A stretch of DNA of 64,000 nt, from assembly GCF_009914755.1 (NCBI RefSeq), contig NC_060928.1; one strand, 5' to 3'. A program made the translations under genes and the position numbers. Origin of the DNA: the human T2T-CHM13v2.0 reference genome, Homo sapiens. How positions within the stretch are numbered: position 1 is the stretch's first letter; each line of letters starts with the position of its first letter. The notes under the pieces were generated by a model that was not told the origin of the DNA, made no database searches, and saw nothing but the letters and a program-made list of their open reading frames with translations. Below, in pieces: positions 1-13,953 of the stretch.

Positions 1-179
1 TTATGTATTTTCTTAGATTTGTGGTGAAGTATTTCATATTTTAGTGATATTGCCAATCTTATATTATTTAAATTTTAAATTTCACTTGCTTATTGCTGGT
101 ATACAGAAAAGCAATAGACTTTTGCATAGTAATTGTGCATCGTTTAACCTTGCAATAACTTGCTTATTAGTTTTCCGTA

Positions 180-1050
180 CATAATGTTGAAGATAGCAGT
201 TACAGGATTTGCTGATGGATTGATTGTTTTAAGACAAAGAAAATTCAAAGATTTTGACTTGGATAAATGAGGTGGTGCTTATTATAATGGAAAAGAAAAC
301 CAGAATGGGAGGCTTAGGAAGTATAATTTCAGAAATCCAATATTGAGATACCAAATATTCAACTGGAAATGTCAAGAAGCCTGGAGTTTATGAAAGAAAT
401 CTGGTTTAGAGACAGACATTTGTATTGATTGGCATGTGTGTATACATATATATATTTTGAAAAAGTATACATATTCTATATATATGTATATATAGTATAG
501 TCTATACATATAAATTATATCCCATAGTTTAATATATATATGTGCTATATTACATACACAGAAAGAGTACTATACTATATATAGTAGTACTATACTGTAT
601 ATATATATAAGCATATATATGTATGTATACAGAGATTGAATGAGAAAACTTAAGTAATAAGATAAGTTAGAAAACACCTATGTCATGGATTGAGGTCTGA
701 AATGTGTAAAAGTTTAAACGACTAGAAGAGGAGCAGAAATCATCAGAGAAGCTGAGAATGAGTTTCCAAATATGCAGATCCAGAATTAAAAAAGAGAAAA
801 ACCTCTAAAATCAAGTGAAAAGAGGGCTTCAATAAAAGGTAGTGACCAACTACATCTAATACAGCTGATAAAACATTTATGCTCAGAGAAATTACCATTG
901 AATTTGTCAACATTGGTTACCTTAACAAGAGCTATTTTACTGGAGCAACGGGGTGGAGGGGGAAGACTGAAGAACCTTCAAGAAAAAGATTAAAAGGTAC
1001 AAAAAGGATGCAGTTTGCACTGACAACTCATTAAGAAAATTTTGTTATAA
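180..1050. mobile_element. Degraded ancient LINE (L2-like) fragments interrupted by a TA-rich tract
   Basis: Phrases such as 'atttgctgatggattga' and 'gagacagacattt' resemble L2; boundaries are approximate. Confidence 0.4.
435..630. repeat. TA/CA-rich low-complexity microsatellite
   Basis: Imperfect (TA)n/(TATG)n runs seen directly. Confidence 0.8.
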
Positions 1051-1061
1051 AGAGAAGCAGA

Positions 1062-1367
1062 GGCCGGGCGCGGTGGCTCACACCTGTAATCCCAGCACTT
1101 TGGGAGGCCGAGACGGGTGGATCACGAGGTCAGGAGTTCAAGACCAGCTTGGCCAAGATGGTGAAACCACGTCTCTACTAAAAATACAAAAAAAAAAAAA
1201 TTAGCCGGGCGTGGTGGCACGCACCTGTAATCCCAGCGAGTCCGGAGGCTGAGACGGAGAATTGCTTAAACCTGGAGGGGCGGAGCTTGCAGTGAGCCCA
1301 GATAGCACCACTGTACTCCAGCCTGCTGGGTGACAGAGGGAGACTCCGTCTCAAAAAAAAAAAAAAA
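1062..1367 (+). mobile_element. Full-length Alu (AluS, Sg-like)
   Basis: Starts GGCCGGGCGCGGTGGCTCA, has A-rich linker and poly(A); TSD aaagagaagcaga at 1049-1061 and 1368-1380. Confidence 0.97.
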
Positions 1368-4300
1368 AAAGAGAAGCAGAGACATGTAGGGTAGATGCAT
1401 TGTGCCTGAAGAAGGATGATATTTTGACATATGTACATTGATGGAAAAATCTTGTGATTTGATGACACAGGAGAAAAAGAGAAGACACAAGATCATTTTT
1501 GCAAAACTGACAAGTAATTTGATGGTACGTGACTAAAGGTGATTTGCAATGAGGGGAACATCACATAAGCTCATATAATAGCAAAAATGGTAAAACATAT
1601 AAGTAGAGGCTCAGTACAGTAGGTAGAGATTCTTTATGGTCTGTGTGAATAATAAATATCAAATATAAATTTAGATTATTTCTTACAGATAGCTGTGATA
1701 TCATTACCCCCTAAAAACATAAAAGGAAATCTAAATTCTATTTTGTGCTGACAATGGAATTACACAACAGTGCCTCTGCTTTCTTGCATGTGTGACTTCA
1801 TGACCACATTGTATTATCCAAACATTTAGAAATAAGCCACCAATAAGGATATACAGTTGCCATCAGGTCATAGTTAAACATATTTGATTTAAAAAATAGC
1901 TCTAAAAGAACACATATGCATTTGTGTACATGCACAAGTAGAGAAAGGGAACTGTCCTCAGCTAATAAAATATTAAACATATTCACCCTCACAATGGTAA
2001 AGAAAATGAGAATAAAAATATAAAAATGAATTGAGCAAAATTTAATTAACAAATTCAAGGTTTATTAAATGGTTATTTAATATCACTGGCTTTTTAAGAA
2101 TTCTATTTAGTAATAAATATCCAAAGTGTTAGATATAATTTTAATTAAAGTAGTAGGATGCAAATTAGTGCAAAGCATTTTGTCAAGTTTGTTAATAGCT
2201 GAGATAGAATTTCATCAAATTGTGAGCTATTATTATTTATAGACGACAGGATGAGTGACTATTTTTGTTTCACTTTCTGACTTTTTCAGGTTTTTATAAA
2301 TGAACATATTGTAATGATCAATAAATTCATTAGATAAACATGAATGCCTGAGGAATTTTCATCATTACAATGGTAATATAATATAAATCAGAATCTGAAT
2401 CTCCAATGATAAGAGAATGATCTATGATGGTTTGAACACTCCATGATCTGTAGAATACCACAACAATTATTTAACAAGAGGGAAATCCTCAAAGTATAAT
2501 TCTAAGAAATGAAAGTATACCCTGCATATATTTCTATGCACCCATCCATGTCTATTTGTATTGAAGAGAGAGAGAAAGAAAGAAAAAGTTGGGGGATTGT
2601 GTTTAATGAAGACAGTGGCCCTATCTTGTACTCTCTGTAGTCTTACAGCCTAAGTCAATATCTGGCACAAAGTAGATGCCCAATAATTATGTGTGGAAAG
2701 ATGCATGCATGTGAGATTGATACATCAAGGCTCAAAGTAATATACTAAAATACTATACCTACCAAGGTTGACTTTAGGCAGTACAATTATAGGAGTTTTT
2801 TTAATGTTAAAATTCTTTACATATCTGTATTATTGAATGTTCCTATAATAAAAATGCATTTATTACCCTGATCTAACATACCTCAAAGAGAATATCAAAC
2901 ACATGTCAAAGTAACCATAGGCATGTTTTTAAAAAACGGATTGAAAAAGACTTTCATTCTTACCAAAAAATATTGTAATTTTTTGGAAATTACAGAGAAA
3001 TGGCTGCTTTGATTAAAATTAAACTTAAAATATCTCTAGTTCTGTAGCAACTTTTTGTACAATGCAACTATACAAATATCTGCTGATGGTTAATTATTGT
3101 TAGAGTTGAAATTAGTATTGCAGCCACCAACTCTTTAGAGAAACCTTAGTGTAACAGAAAAGAAGCACCAGATGTTCAGATGGCTGCAATTTTGTCCTCA
3201 GCAAAGGTTATAATCAGGTTCATAATATAAGGCTCAATGAAGAAGCAGCATAATATAGAAGAAAAGTACATTGAGCAAAAACTCATAAAAATGAACTCAA
3301 AATTAGTCTCCATCACTTAATAATTATGAGTTTGATTCATCCTTAACTGTTGCAAGCTTCAATTGCTTCAGCTATATAATAGAGATCATAATAACTGGCT
3401 TACTTGCTCATTTCAAACATAGTTTAGTATATTTGTCAGGTTTCAAATAATCTCTCTTGTGCATTTTTTTTCAGCAAATTAGTCTCTTATTTTTCCTCCC
3501 CTCCCTGTCAAATATATGTCTTCAAAACTATTTTTTTCAATAAAACAAATATTAATCATGTTGGAGCAAGTGACCAAATTTTATTGACATAATGGCGATG
3601 GGACATTATTTTGAGAAATGTTTTTATATATTGTTTTACTTAAAATACAGATTTCATGGTATTTGGTTCAATAGCACCAAGTAAAAATGTGATTTTCTTC
3701 ACATTGTTTACATAATTCTACTTTAAAGCTGCTGGAGCTAAAAATAGTGCAAGATTATAGATCTTGCTATTTCCACATGTCCAGAGTAGGAGGCTCCTGT
3801 AGGCTGTAGAATCTGCAGTTTCTGAGTCAGCCACCCCTTCAGCCAAAGTTTCCTCTGGATGTTAGGCAAAGTGCCCACATTTCTCAAAGAGACTTCCAAA
3901 CTATTTCCCCAGGTCACTTCTGTAAACTCTCTTTCCTGCGGATTCTCCGTCATCCCATCATTACAGAAAAGCCTGAACTTTCTTGAGTTCACCTGTATCC
4001 CTCTTCATCTTCCCTTCTATTGGCTCTTTGCAACTTATCACTAAAATCAGTAAATTTCTTATATTCTTATCTTCTCCAAAGGATTTTCTCTCCTTCCTGA
4101 CCGTAACTGAAACCAGATTACTCACTGAGAGTTTTGGTTTGCTTTCATCTCAATTGTTTTTTGCCGCTCTCTTGCCGGAAGCCTATAAATTGGCAAGTAC
4201 ACACATATAACCCTGGTTCCTTTAAGACTAATATTTCTTCACCTTCTTTGAAAAATTACTGTTCTAATTTTTGAAAAGAAACCCCACCTCCTATACCAAA

Positions 4301-4558
4301 TTCTTTTCAGCTCTTAGTCCTATGTGTCTTCCCATTTATATATGAATTCCTCAGAAGTATTTTCCATATATACTAATGCCTTTTCCCTGCTATCTGCATT
4401 ACACACCAATATGACTGTCACCAATATCACTTGCTACAATACTTCTTCATGAGGCTGCAAAGGCTTATATCTCTATACACCCAACTGATATATTAAATTC
4501 GTCTACGTACTTGATTACTCAGAGGCATTAAATACCAATAACTATGCTCAACTTCTTA

Positions 4559-4877
<319 letters not shown>

Positions 4878-5149
4878 AAAATTCCCCAGTCATTTATTTG
4901 TCAATGTCCCCACAGTCTCCTGATTTTCCTACCACATCCTTTATCTCCTATTTTGCTTGCCAGCTAATTTCTCTACATTGATTATGTGTTGAATTTATTC
5001 ATGACCTAGCAGAGATGTCTCCTTTTCTCTTCTATGCACTCTTCCCCTAGGATCTCATTTGTGTCCATGACTGTAATTCTCCACAGAAGATTCTCAAATA
5101 TATATTTCTGCTCCATGAATCATAATAAGTCTTCCACTTTTGGAAGATA

Positions 5150-6450
5150 AAATCGGGTAATATATGAAAGACTAAGAGATAGAGGCAGGTTATTGGAGAA
5201 GGGGTCTCTGAGAAGCTGACATTTGAGTTGAAACTGGGACCATGGAAAAGGCTGTGGTAAGTGAGGATCCATGAGAAGGGGCCTTCAACAGAGAGAGCAT
5301 CAGCTGCCAATCATCACAGAGGATGCAGAGTGAGATTAGAAGGATAAGCAGAGATCAAATGTCATAGGGCTTTGAAAGCCACCGGAAGAGTTTTGAATGT
5401 CTACATGTGACGGGAAGACATTGGAGAACATTAAGCAGGAGAGAGACAAGATTTGACTTAGGCCTTAATCAACTTGGCTGCTGTGCGGAATAGGTGGATA
5501 AGTTCAAGAGGGAATGCAGAAGGTCAGTTCACAGGCTTACGCAGAGCTCGGGGTAAGCCATAATGGTGGCATGAGCAAGGGGTGTAATGAAGGAAAAGAT
5601 GAGAGCTTATCATTTTCTTTTTTACATATATATACATGATATCACATATATATATTTCATACATATGTATTTCAGAGAGTTCATAAATCTTTGTTGAATT
5701 AGATATAGTATATGGGTTGCCAGGAGGAAAAGAAACTCAGGAATGTTTTCTATAGTTTTGCCTTTTAAAAAAGAGAAGATTTTTGTGCTCCATAACAGAA
5801 TGTGAAAGGTTTTTGAGGTGTGAACAGGGGAGGCAAACTGGTAGTTTTATTCTTTCCTATATTATATTGAAAGGCTATAATATATCTGAGTGAATAAGTC
5901 ATAAAGGTAGTTGGATATGTGAGTCTGAAGCTCAGGGATAATGCCTAGGTTGAGATAATGTTAGAAACTATTATATAATAACCAATATGAAGGTAATATT
6001 TTAATCCAATGGCAAAATATGATCACATAGGAGAAGTGAAGTAAAAAGAAAGTAGAAGAGGTGGAGGATAGAACCCAAGGGTTCGCCAGTGTTTAGAGTC
6101 CTTACAAAGCAGTAAGGAGACAAAGAAGAGAAGCTAGTGAGGTATAAGTAAAATCTAATGCACCAGAGGTTTTGGAAGCACAGGATAGAAACTGTATTCA
6201 AGGAGGTTGCGGTAAACTGTGTTGAACATTATTGAAGTTTATTAGATTAAGACAGATATCTGACCATTGGCATATACACCACTGCCAACTTTGGTTAGAA
6301 CTCCTGTTAAGCATGAAAGCCAAATTAAAACTGGTTGAGGAAAAATCTGGAAATACGGAAAGAGAGACACCAATAGACAAAGACAATTTTTTTCTAGCAG
6401 TTTTAGTCTTACGGGAAGGAAAGAAATATATGAGGAGTAGCTGAAAAACA
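5150..6450. mobile_element. Ancient L2-like fragments
   Basis: 'ctctgagaagctgacatttgagttga' and 'gtagttggatatgtgagtctgaagctcagg' resemble L2. Confidence 0.5.
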
Positions 6451-9400
6451 AATCTGAGCTCAAATGAGATTATTTTAAAGATATTTATGTTAAAATATGT
6501 TTGTGTTTTGATTAGAGTATTTCAAAAGAGATAAGACAAATTTTATGCAGAAGACAGAATGCAAGGTAGAAGTCTTAGGAATGTGATAGTAAGCAAAGTC
6601 TAATTCAAAATTAAATTGGCCCTAGAGAGAGAGGAGAAATATTCCATTTTCATGTCAATCCCTACAAGGACTATCTTATTACAGATGCAGGTAGGTTGGC
6701 GGAGTTGGTGGTAGAAGGATGATTTTATTTTTCACTGATCTTACTTTTTAGTGAAATGTGAAAAAGGCAACACTTCAAATTGAGAAATGTGGAGAATTTT
6801 AGGAAACTTGAGGAAAGAGGATATGGTATAAAAAAGCCATTTTAGGAAAAGAGAAAATGAATTTACCAAGAAAGTAAAGTACTCTATATTTGCTGAGTAT
6901 TCATTTTTAAGTTTTGTTCATGAAGTTTATATGAGCCCAGTGAACCTGGTTGTGTGGTGTGTTTCTGTCAGTGCTCAGCTGCTTCAGTTGAATTATAATG
7001 TAGATAGGTAGTTGGGTTTGGCCAAAGGCCTGACAGGTGTGAATAGCAGAAGGAAAAAAGAATAGAAAATTTTCCATGATATTATTATAGTGCTGGACCA
7101 TGAAATCTCAGTTGGGTGACAAATATGAAGCCATAAAAGGGATAATAGATTATGAATTATAGTGAAAAAATGGTAAGTTCACTGAATTGGAGGTCTTAAT
7201 GAGGTCAAATAATTTTGGAGTGGGATCACAAGAATAGGAAGAGATAATAAATTGCAAGGGTTGGGGTCAAGGTCATGGCAAGGTCTAGGGTGTGCACATT
7301 TGAGTACACAGCTGTGGTGGCTTTTCTTTTGTGGTGATAGAGAGCAAAGAAGGCAGGGAGCAGTGCTGTATCATCAGCACAGCAAGAGCATCAAAACCAG
7401 CCTTATTGCTTTCACTCTTTTCCTCCAACATTCAACCCTAATCCTCACATGAAGAATCAGTGTTGGGCAGGCAAACCAGAATATGCTCACACCCTCAGCT
7501 TAAAACTCTTCAATGTCTCTCATTGTTCTTGGATAAAGAGCACAGTTCTTAAAATGGCCTCTAACACCATGTATTGACAGGCCTTGGCTGAGCTATCTTG
7601 CCAGCCTCATCTAAACAAAGCGCCCCTTCCTGACTTTGCTCCAGGCCTTGGGGCCTTCTTTCTGTTTCTCGAATGTGTGCTGTGCTTTCTGCCTGTGCTC
7701 TAGTGTTCTCACTCCTCAGTGAATCAGCTCTCCTGACCCCTTCAGGTGTCAGCTTGGTCAGCAATTCCTTGGAAAAGCTTTTCCAGACCTTCCGAACTAC
7801 CGCAAACCTGATCCTCATGCCTCCAGAGTTCAGAAATGCAAAATAAAAAATAAAGATCATGTCCTACACTTCACAAATGTAATATATCAAAAATATACCA
7901 GTTTAGTGAGGTTATGGGAAAATATGCCCTGTGTTCTTTCCATTTCTTCTTCCACAAAGGTCTTTCCATTTCCTCTTCATCATTATAGCTCTTATACATT
8001 GCTGATTAAAGCACATGTGAGCTATAATGTGGGTTTTATACACCATTAAATTTATAAAAAGGATAAAAAGCACATATACACTATGAAACAAATTTTGTAA
8101 TAATACAATACTAATAAGAGCATAATTTTGGTATATATTGCTGGAAAGTGAATAAATATATACCTAAAAGAGGAAGAACCACTATTATAACTGTATGTTT
8201 CAGTCAGTGGCAATATAAAGTATACTCAGAAAATATGCCCTTTAAATACTATGCTATATTAAGGCAATACAATTCATTCTTAGAATAATTTCAAAATTCA
8301 CCAAAATGCTTAAAGATCTCTATAGATTATGTTTGGATAGAGAAACTTCAAATTAGTTTCTGGAAAATGAATTTAATGCGTTGAGTAGAATTAGAGAACA
8401 GACTCTCACTAAAAGCCTAGACCTATTTTCTGGAAATTTCCGTTGACTGTAACTAATGCAGCCACTTACTCTAATGCTATGTTTAGTTGTACTCTGCCAC
8501 CACTCAGTTGTTTCTATCTGGCGTATCATGTGTGCTTATCCTCTCAGAGGTGGGCTATTCCAGGAAATTGCCTGTCAGACATCTGAACATCTACTGTTCT
8601 GGGGGTAATCTGGCTTTTTCCTATATTATTAGGTGAATTAGACAAAGAGATTTGTGCCTTATGAAAAAAACTCAATCAGATTTAAAAATATATAAAACAT
8701 TCTTATCTATAAAAACAGAATAGATGGATAGAATTAAACTCTAATTATAGACATTGTCATACAAAGAAACATGCAAAATTAGAAAACTAGAACAAATGAG
8801 CATTTTGTGTTTTAATTTTTACCTAGAAGAAGAATTGAAAAAGTATACTTATTTTTAAATGAGAAAAAAAAACACTAATAAAAGTCAGGAAAAGGAAAAA
8901 ACAAACATACCTGACTTTTCTCATTGTGTTCTATTTTAGATCCTAAGCACAAGTTATTTACTTTTTTAGACTTGGGTGTGGAGATTAAAGAGAAGGGACC
9001 GTAATATATAAGAGACAGCTCTTGGGATTTATCATCAATCATCTTGGGGTCATATTCTGATCAATCATGTAATCTCAGATAAATTACGTCCCATGTCTAA
9101 ATTTTTGTTTTCCATAAATATAAGATGGAGATAATGAACATTCTTGTCCTATATGCTTCCTAGGGTTGAGTCTATGATAAAATGTGGTAATGTATGTAGC
9201 AATTCTTTATAAATTACTAGGCAAATAATAATTATATTATCATTGTGTTAATTCTGAGTTTGGAAGGGGATCCTCCAATTCTCTGCAAATACTGATGCCA
9301 TAAAAATTTATGAAGATCATTAAGCCTTATTCACTGCTTTGTGGAAGAGGAAATTGAAAGAACACAGGACATACTATACTATTGGACGTTTCTTTAGAAT

Positions 9401-10252
9401 TGTCCTTGATGGCAATTTGGATTCCAAGTGGCTACTTCACCACTGTGCTATGAATGCAAGAACTGAAGCCTGCACAATGAAGCCCGAGCTTTTGAGGTGA
9501 ATCTTATCTTGTTAGGGTGAGGTGGACAAAGAATGATATTAAAAGTGTATTTCTAAAAGACAGGATATGCAAGACCTTTAATGTCAATCTCTTATGGGAA
9601 GTATCACATTTTTATTCTGTATAAAGAATTGTGTTTTCATTATATCTCTGCATGTTAAAATATAGAGAAATCTGGTCAACAAGTGTGGAAATTCAATGAA
9701 TCTATTAGCCATCACCTTTAGCTGTGGACTTTGGCCATGTTTGGCTATTTGCCACATTCAGTTAAGGAATCTTACAGGGAATAGATTTAGTAGGACTGTG
9801 AGGAAAGACTTAGGAATAATTTAAGGAATAAAGCTCTTGGGTTGGTCAAGAAGGATCTAAACTTAAGGGTCTAGGATGCAGGTCTTTATTTACTACAGAT
9901 AGAATAACGGAAAAGAATAAGCAAAATAAAAATGTTAAAAATAGTAGACAGAAGAAACAATGGGCACTGTATATCTGTCCCCTAAGAAAATGCCAAATTC
10001 AAATCATCCTCTGGAGTTAAGTTGCCCTTTTCTCCTATCCTGTCTCCCACGTGAATGAAATGGACACAGAGTTTCATTTTCAGTGGAAGCGTACATTTGC
10101 AGTATCTCAATGGGTTATAAACAAGCTTCATATAAAGGTAGTAAAATGTATTATTAACCCCCAAAGATATAATTGCCTTGTACATAAGGCAGTGATGATA
10201 GCATAGAAATGAAAATATTCAAAAACTCTCATTTCAGGCTCAGGTGATGCAA

Positions 10253-10266
10253 GTAACCATGGTAAC
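10253..10266. promoter_or_regulatory. RFX X-box motif
   Basis: GTAACCATGGTAAC fits GTNRCC-N(0-3)-RGYAAC and lies in non-repeat DNA. Motif match only. Confidence 0.35.
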
Positions 10267-12583
10267 GTTTCCTGACAGCCTTAATTTAAATAGCAGATTC
10301 CAAAGAAAAAATTCCAAATGGACTCCAGAAAGGAAATGGATTATTCAAGGTCCACATAAATCTAATTTAAATGAGTGCTTTACACAAAAATGGAAAGTCT
10401 TTAAGTTATAATGTCTTTAGCTTTGTGTTCAACTTTGATAATGATTTCTTTTCTTTTGAATGTATTTATTCACAATGATTCTTAGGTAGCAATCAAAAGC
10501 TTTCTATTGCTTTCCTGGTCACTGCAATCTATGGAATGATGCTATGCCAATGTCACAGAGAACAATATATTAAAAATAGAAGCAGCATCCAAATTCACAA
10601 GAGTTTTGATATGAGAATTTTGAGCAAACCAAATAGCTAGTTAACACAGCCATTGCTTTTCAATTCCCTATGTCCACAAAGAGATACACTTTGGAGCTAC
10701 ACATTTACAAGAAGGACATTTCCATAAATACATACATATTACTTCTATGTAGAAGTTTGGCTCCAAATTCTTATAGGTTCTCTCACCCTATTGAGCTGGA
10801 CTCATTCATCATGCATAAGCTCATTCTGACTTTTTAGAAACAGATTAGATTTGAGCCACACATAAACCTGTTCCTCCATGTTTTCTTACTTCTTTCTGTT
10901 TTTGTTCCTACTTGTCTTTCTAAGGCGGAGAGCACATTCTTAGCTGAATCTTATTATGGTTCCAAAATAGGAAAAGCACAATCGAAGAGGAGAGAGAATT
11001 TTCCCAAGCACATTTAATTTTAATCTTTTTTGTTTCAGACTTTCAACCACTACTGGTGACCACATCCTATCATTGATGAGTCTATGTCTATTACAACTTT
11101 GTATATTATATCAGTGTTCTCTTTTCTGGAAGAGAGAAGCGGCAAAAAGCATCCTTGGAATTCTCTTGACAGTGATGACACATTACTGAATATATGGATG
11201 ATTGTACCTTGTGAACTAATATTTGCAATGAGGTTTTATTTTAATTCATTGTATAGATTAATAGCATCTTTCAGTCAGGGACTATGCATATTTTTTAAAA
11301 AATAAATATGAAAAATGTGACACTATATGTTTCTAAAGCATAACATGAGTATTTGTTTAAAAAAATGGGTGGGAAATAAACGTCAGGTTTGATGAAGTTC
11401 TTCAGAATCTCTCAGGCCTGTACTTGATGAATCAAGAGTGAAGAAAAAAGAAATTCTGAAATGTCTTCTTCCTTACCTCACACACATTGGCCAAAACTTC
11501 CCGATATCAATTCAAACAGCAAATCTGAGCAGGGGTGTCAATGACTCAACTACTTTCAGAACTTAATAGAAATGACCTTGCATAGGCAACTCGTCTAACT
11601 CTTTGAGGAAAACTGATCAATTTAAGTTCATTTCACTTAATTTCAATGGATATTTGGCATTCTCTTGCTTTAATCAATCCCATGATTCAAAAGAAGCTAT
11701 CAAAACCACTGTGATTTGTTTTCAAATTTCTCAAAATTTGAAAGTCTGCATTCAAACCTTCACAGCAATGCTTTATAAATAAAACAACAAAAAATTTAAA
11801 CATGAATATTTCACGCAACTGGGCCTATGTTATTATCACAGCACTATATTCAAATATTCAAAGCCCATTATGGAAATACATTATGAGCTTGTAGCATCAT
11901 TTTTGTATTTTTTTCTATATGACTTATGTATTTTTTATAGTACAGTGATATCTAAGTGTATTATCATTCTCTAAAACTCTTTTACATGATTACACATTTT
12001 CAAGGTAACTCAAAAAAATTCCTAAAACACTGATTTGTCATGGAACCTCGTGGGTATTTTAACACCAGAGAAATATCATTCATTCTACTCTACAAAAGGT
12101 GTGGTCTCTAACCCATGTTTAACTTAGTTAAAAAAAATCTGACGTATGTATATTACATTTTCTTTTGTGTCAAATACAAATTCTTAGAACATGTTTTAGT
12201 TCACATCTATTATGTATGAAAGTGCAAGAAGTCCTGGAATTTTCTGAGAATAGGGCATCCAGAATTTGAGACATTTGCAAATTTGTACTGGAAGTATAAT
12301 TACAAGCCTTCTATTTTTGTCAGTGTTTTGACATTTCTAGTGGTTATCTTGCTATGTGCCGCATGTGTAATAAAGGGTTTTTTTCGCCTTTTTTTTCAGT
12401 TAGGCTATCATAGCTAAAAAATTTAAATAAGAGTGTTAGTAGAGATTTTACTTAGATACCCAAGTTATTCCAAGAAATAGGCCACTTGATGATGATAGTC
12501 CAACTATTACTCAGATGATGTTAAAGGACTGCAACTTGAGTGTGTTATTGTGTAGATGAATAATGCTTGCCCAAGATTCAAAC

Positions 12584-13953
12584 TGAACAGTAAGAAAAGA
12601 CACAAGAAAAGGTTAAATTTCAGTTTAGGTGGTCATTTTTAATGCTGGTAACTATCACTCCATAATTTTTCCAAACTTTCATTATTTGCACCGAAATTAC
12701 AAAGCTGTGATTGGTAAACACAGATTAGTTAGGAAAATATGTGTAATATTTGAGAATAAAATCCTTATACTGATGTAAACACCAAATCCTATAAACAGTA
12801 GGTCCTGTCACAGGTTTACTTCCCCCAAAAGAAATGGAGCTGGCTTAGCCTTCTTGGAGGCAATTTCCAAATTTCACCCAACACACTCTAATCCCTGTAC
12901 CCTGACTGATTTTATAGGAATTCCGATGTTTAATTTTGTTTATTGGCTTATGTGGCCTACGTACAGTTATTTTAAAATGCAAAATGAAGGACATACTTTC
13001 TGAAAGAAAATAAAAATCAATGACTGCTTGAGGTTGGCCAGGCCCTACCATAGTCCAACTCATCCACATAGTGACTTTGGGAAAAAATAGAAAAAAAAAG
13101 TCCCTTAAGAGTAAAATGCAGGCCAGTAGGCCCAGAGGAGGGCTGGTGGGGGCAGGATTAGCTTTCTAGGGATGTTGCATGTTCTTTCTGTGGTACGTAG
13201 ACCTTGCATAAACTCAGACTGTCTTTGTAGGCAATTTGGGGTTTGTAACAGCCATCTCCCAGACTAAGATCTCCCAGCTATGGGGGAAAAGGGGGACTTC
13301 TTTAATCTCCTCAGGGATTGTACTAGATGCTTAAGCTAGGAAAGGACAGAGTGCACGGATGTGTGAAAACAGACAGACCAGATTAGGGTATATAGGATGG
13401 AAATGGAAATAGTGTAGGCTACTGGAAAAAAAAAAAAAAAAAAAAAACAGAAGGTAAGTGGGTTTTCATTTTTGACCTCAACAAGGGACTCACTGGAGAA
13501 GAAATACGGAAAAGCATTCCCTGCCGAGAACAGAACTGATGGCAACAGCTGCACATGAAGGACCAGGTAGTCAAGTATGTAGATCTATAAGGAGAAACAA
13601 GAAGTGTGATCACTGCTCAACTTGGAACCCAGGAGGCCATATGGGATTACAGTGGAAAATGAGATGTACCAAAGGCCCCAGATTTTGAACTAAAGGGTTT
13701 GGCACAAGTTCCATTGATATAGCTGATGCAGAGGAATAGAAAACAATATATTTTTATTGTTTTATTATTTTTATAGTTCTATAATGTTAGGAAATGATAA
13801 TCTAATAAATAACATTTACACTGTAATTCCTGCTACTATGGTGAGCATGATTGTATTGATTTGGAATCAGTTTATTCCTGATATATCGATTGAACAGTAA
13901 GAAAACACACAAGAAAAAGTTTAAATTTCAGTTTAAATGGTCATTTTTCATGC
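12584..13953 (+). repeat. Dispersed direct duplication of about 62 bp (12584-12645 and 13891-13953)
   Basis: Both copies run tgaacagtaagaaaa...cacaagaaaa...ttaaatttcagttta...tggtcattttt.atgc with a few substitutions. Confidence 0.85.

Noticed and set aside
11025-11300. Plus-strand acceptor-like tttttgtttcag at 11038
   Set aside because: No convincing donor or reading frame; such motifs are common in AT-rich DNA.
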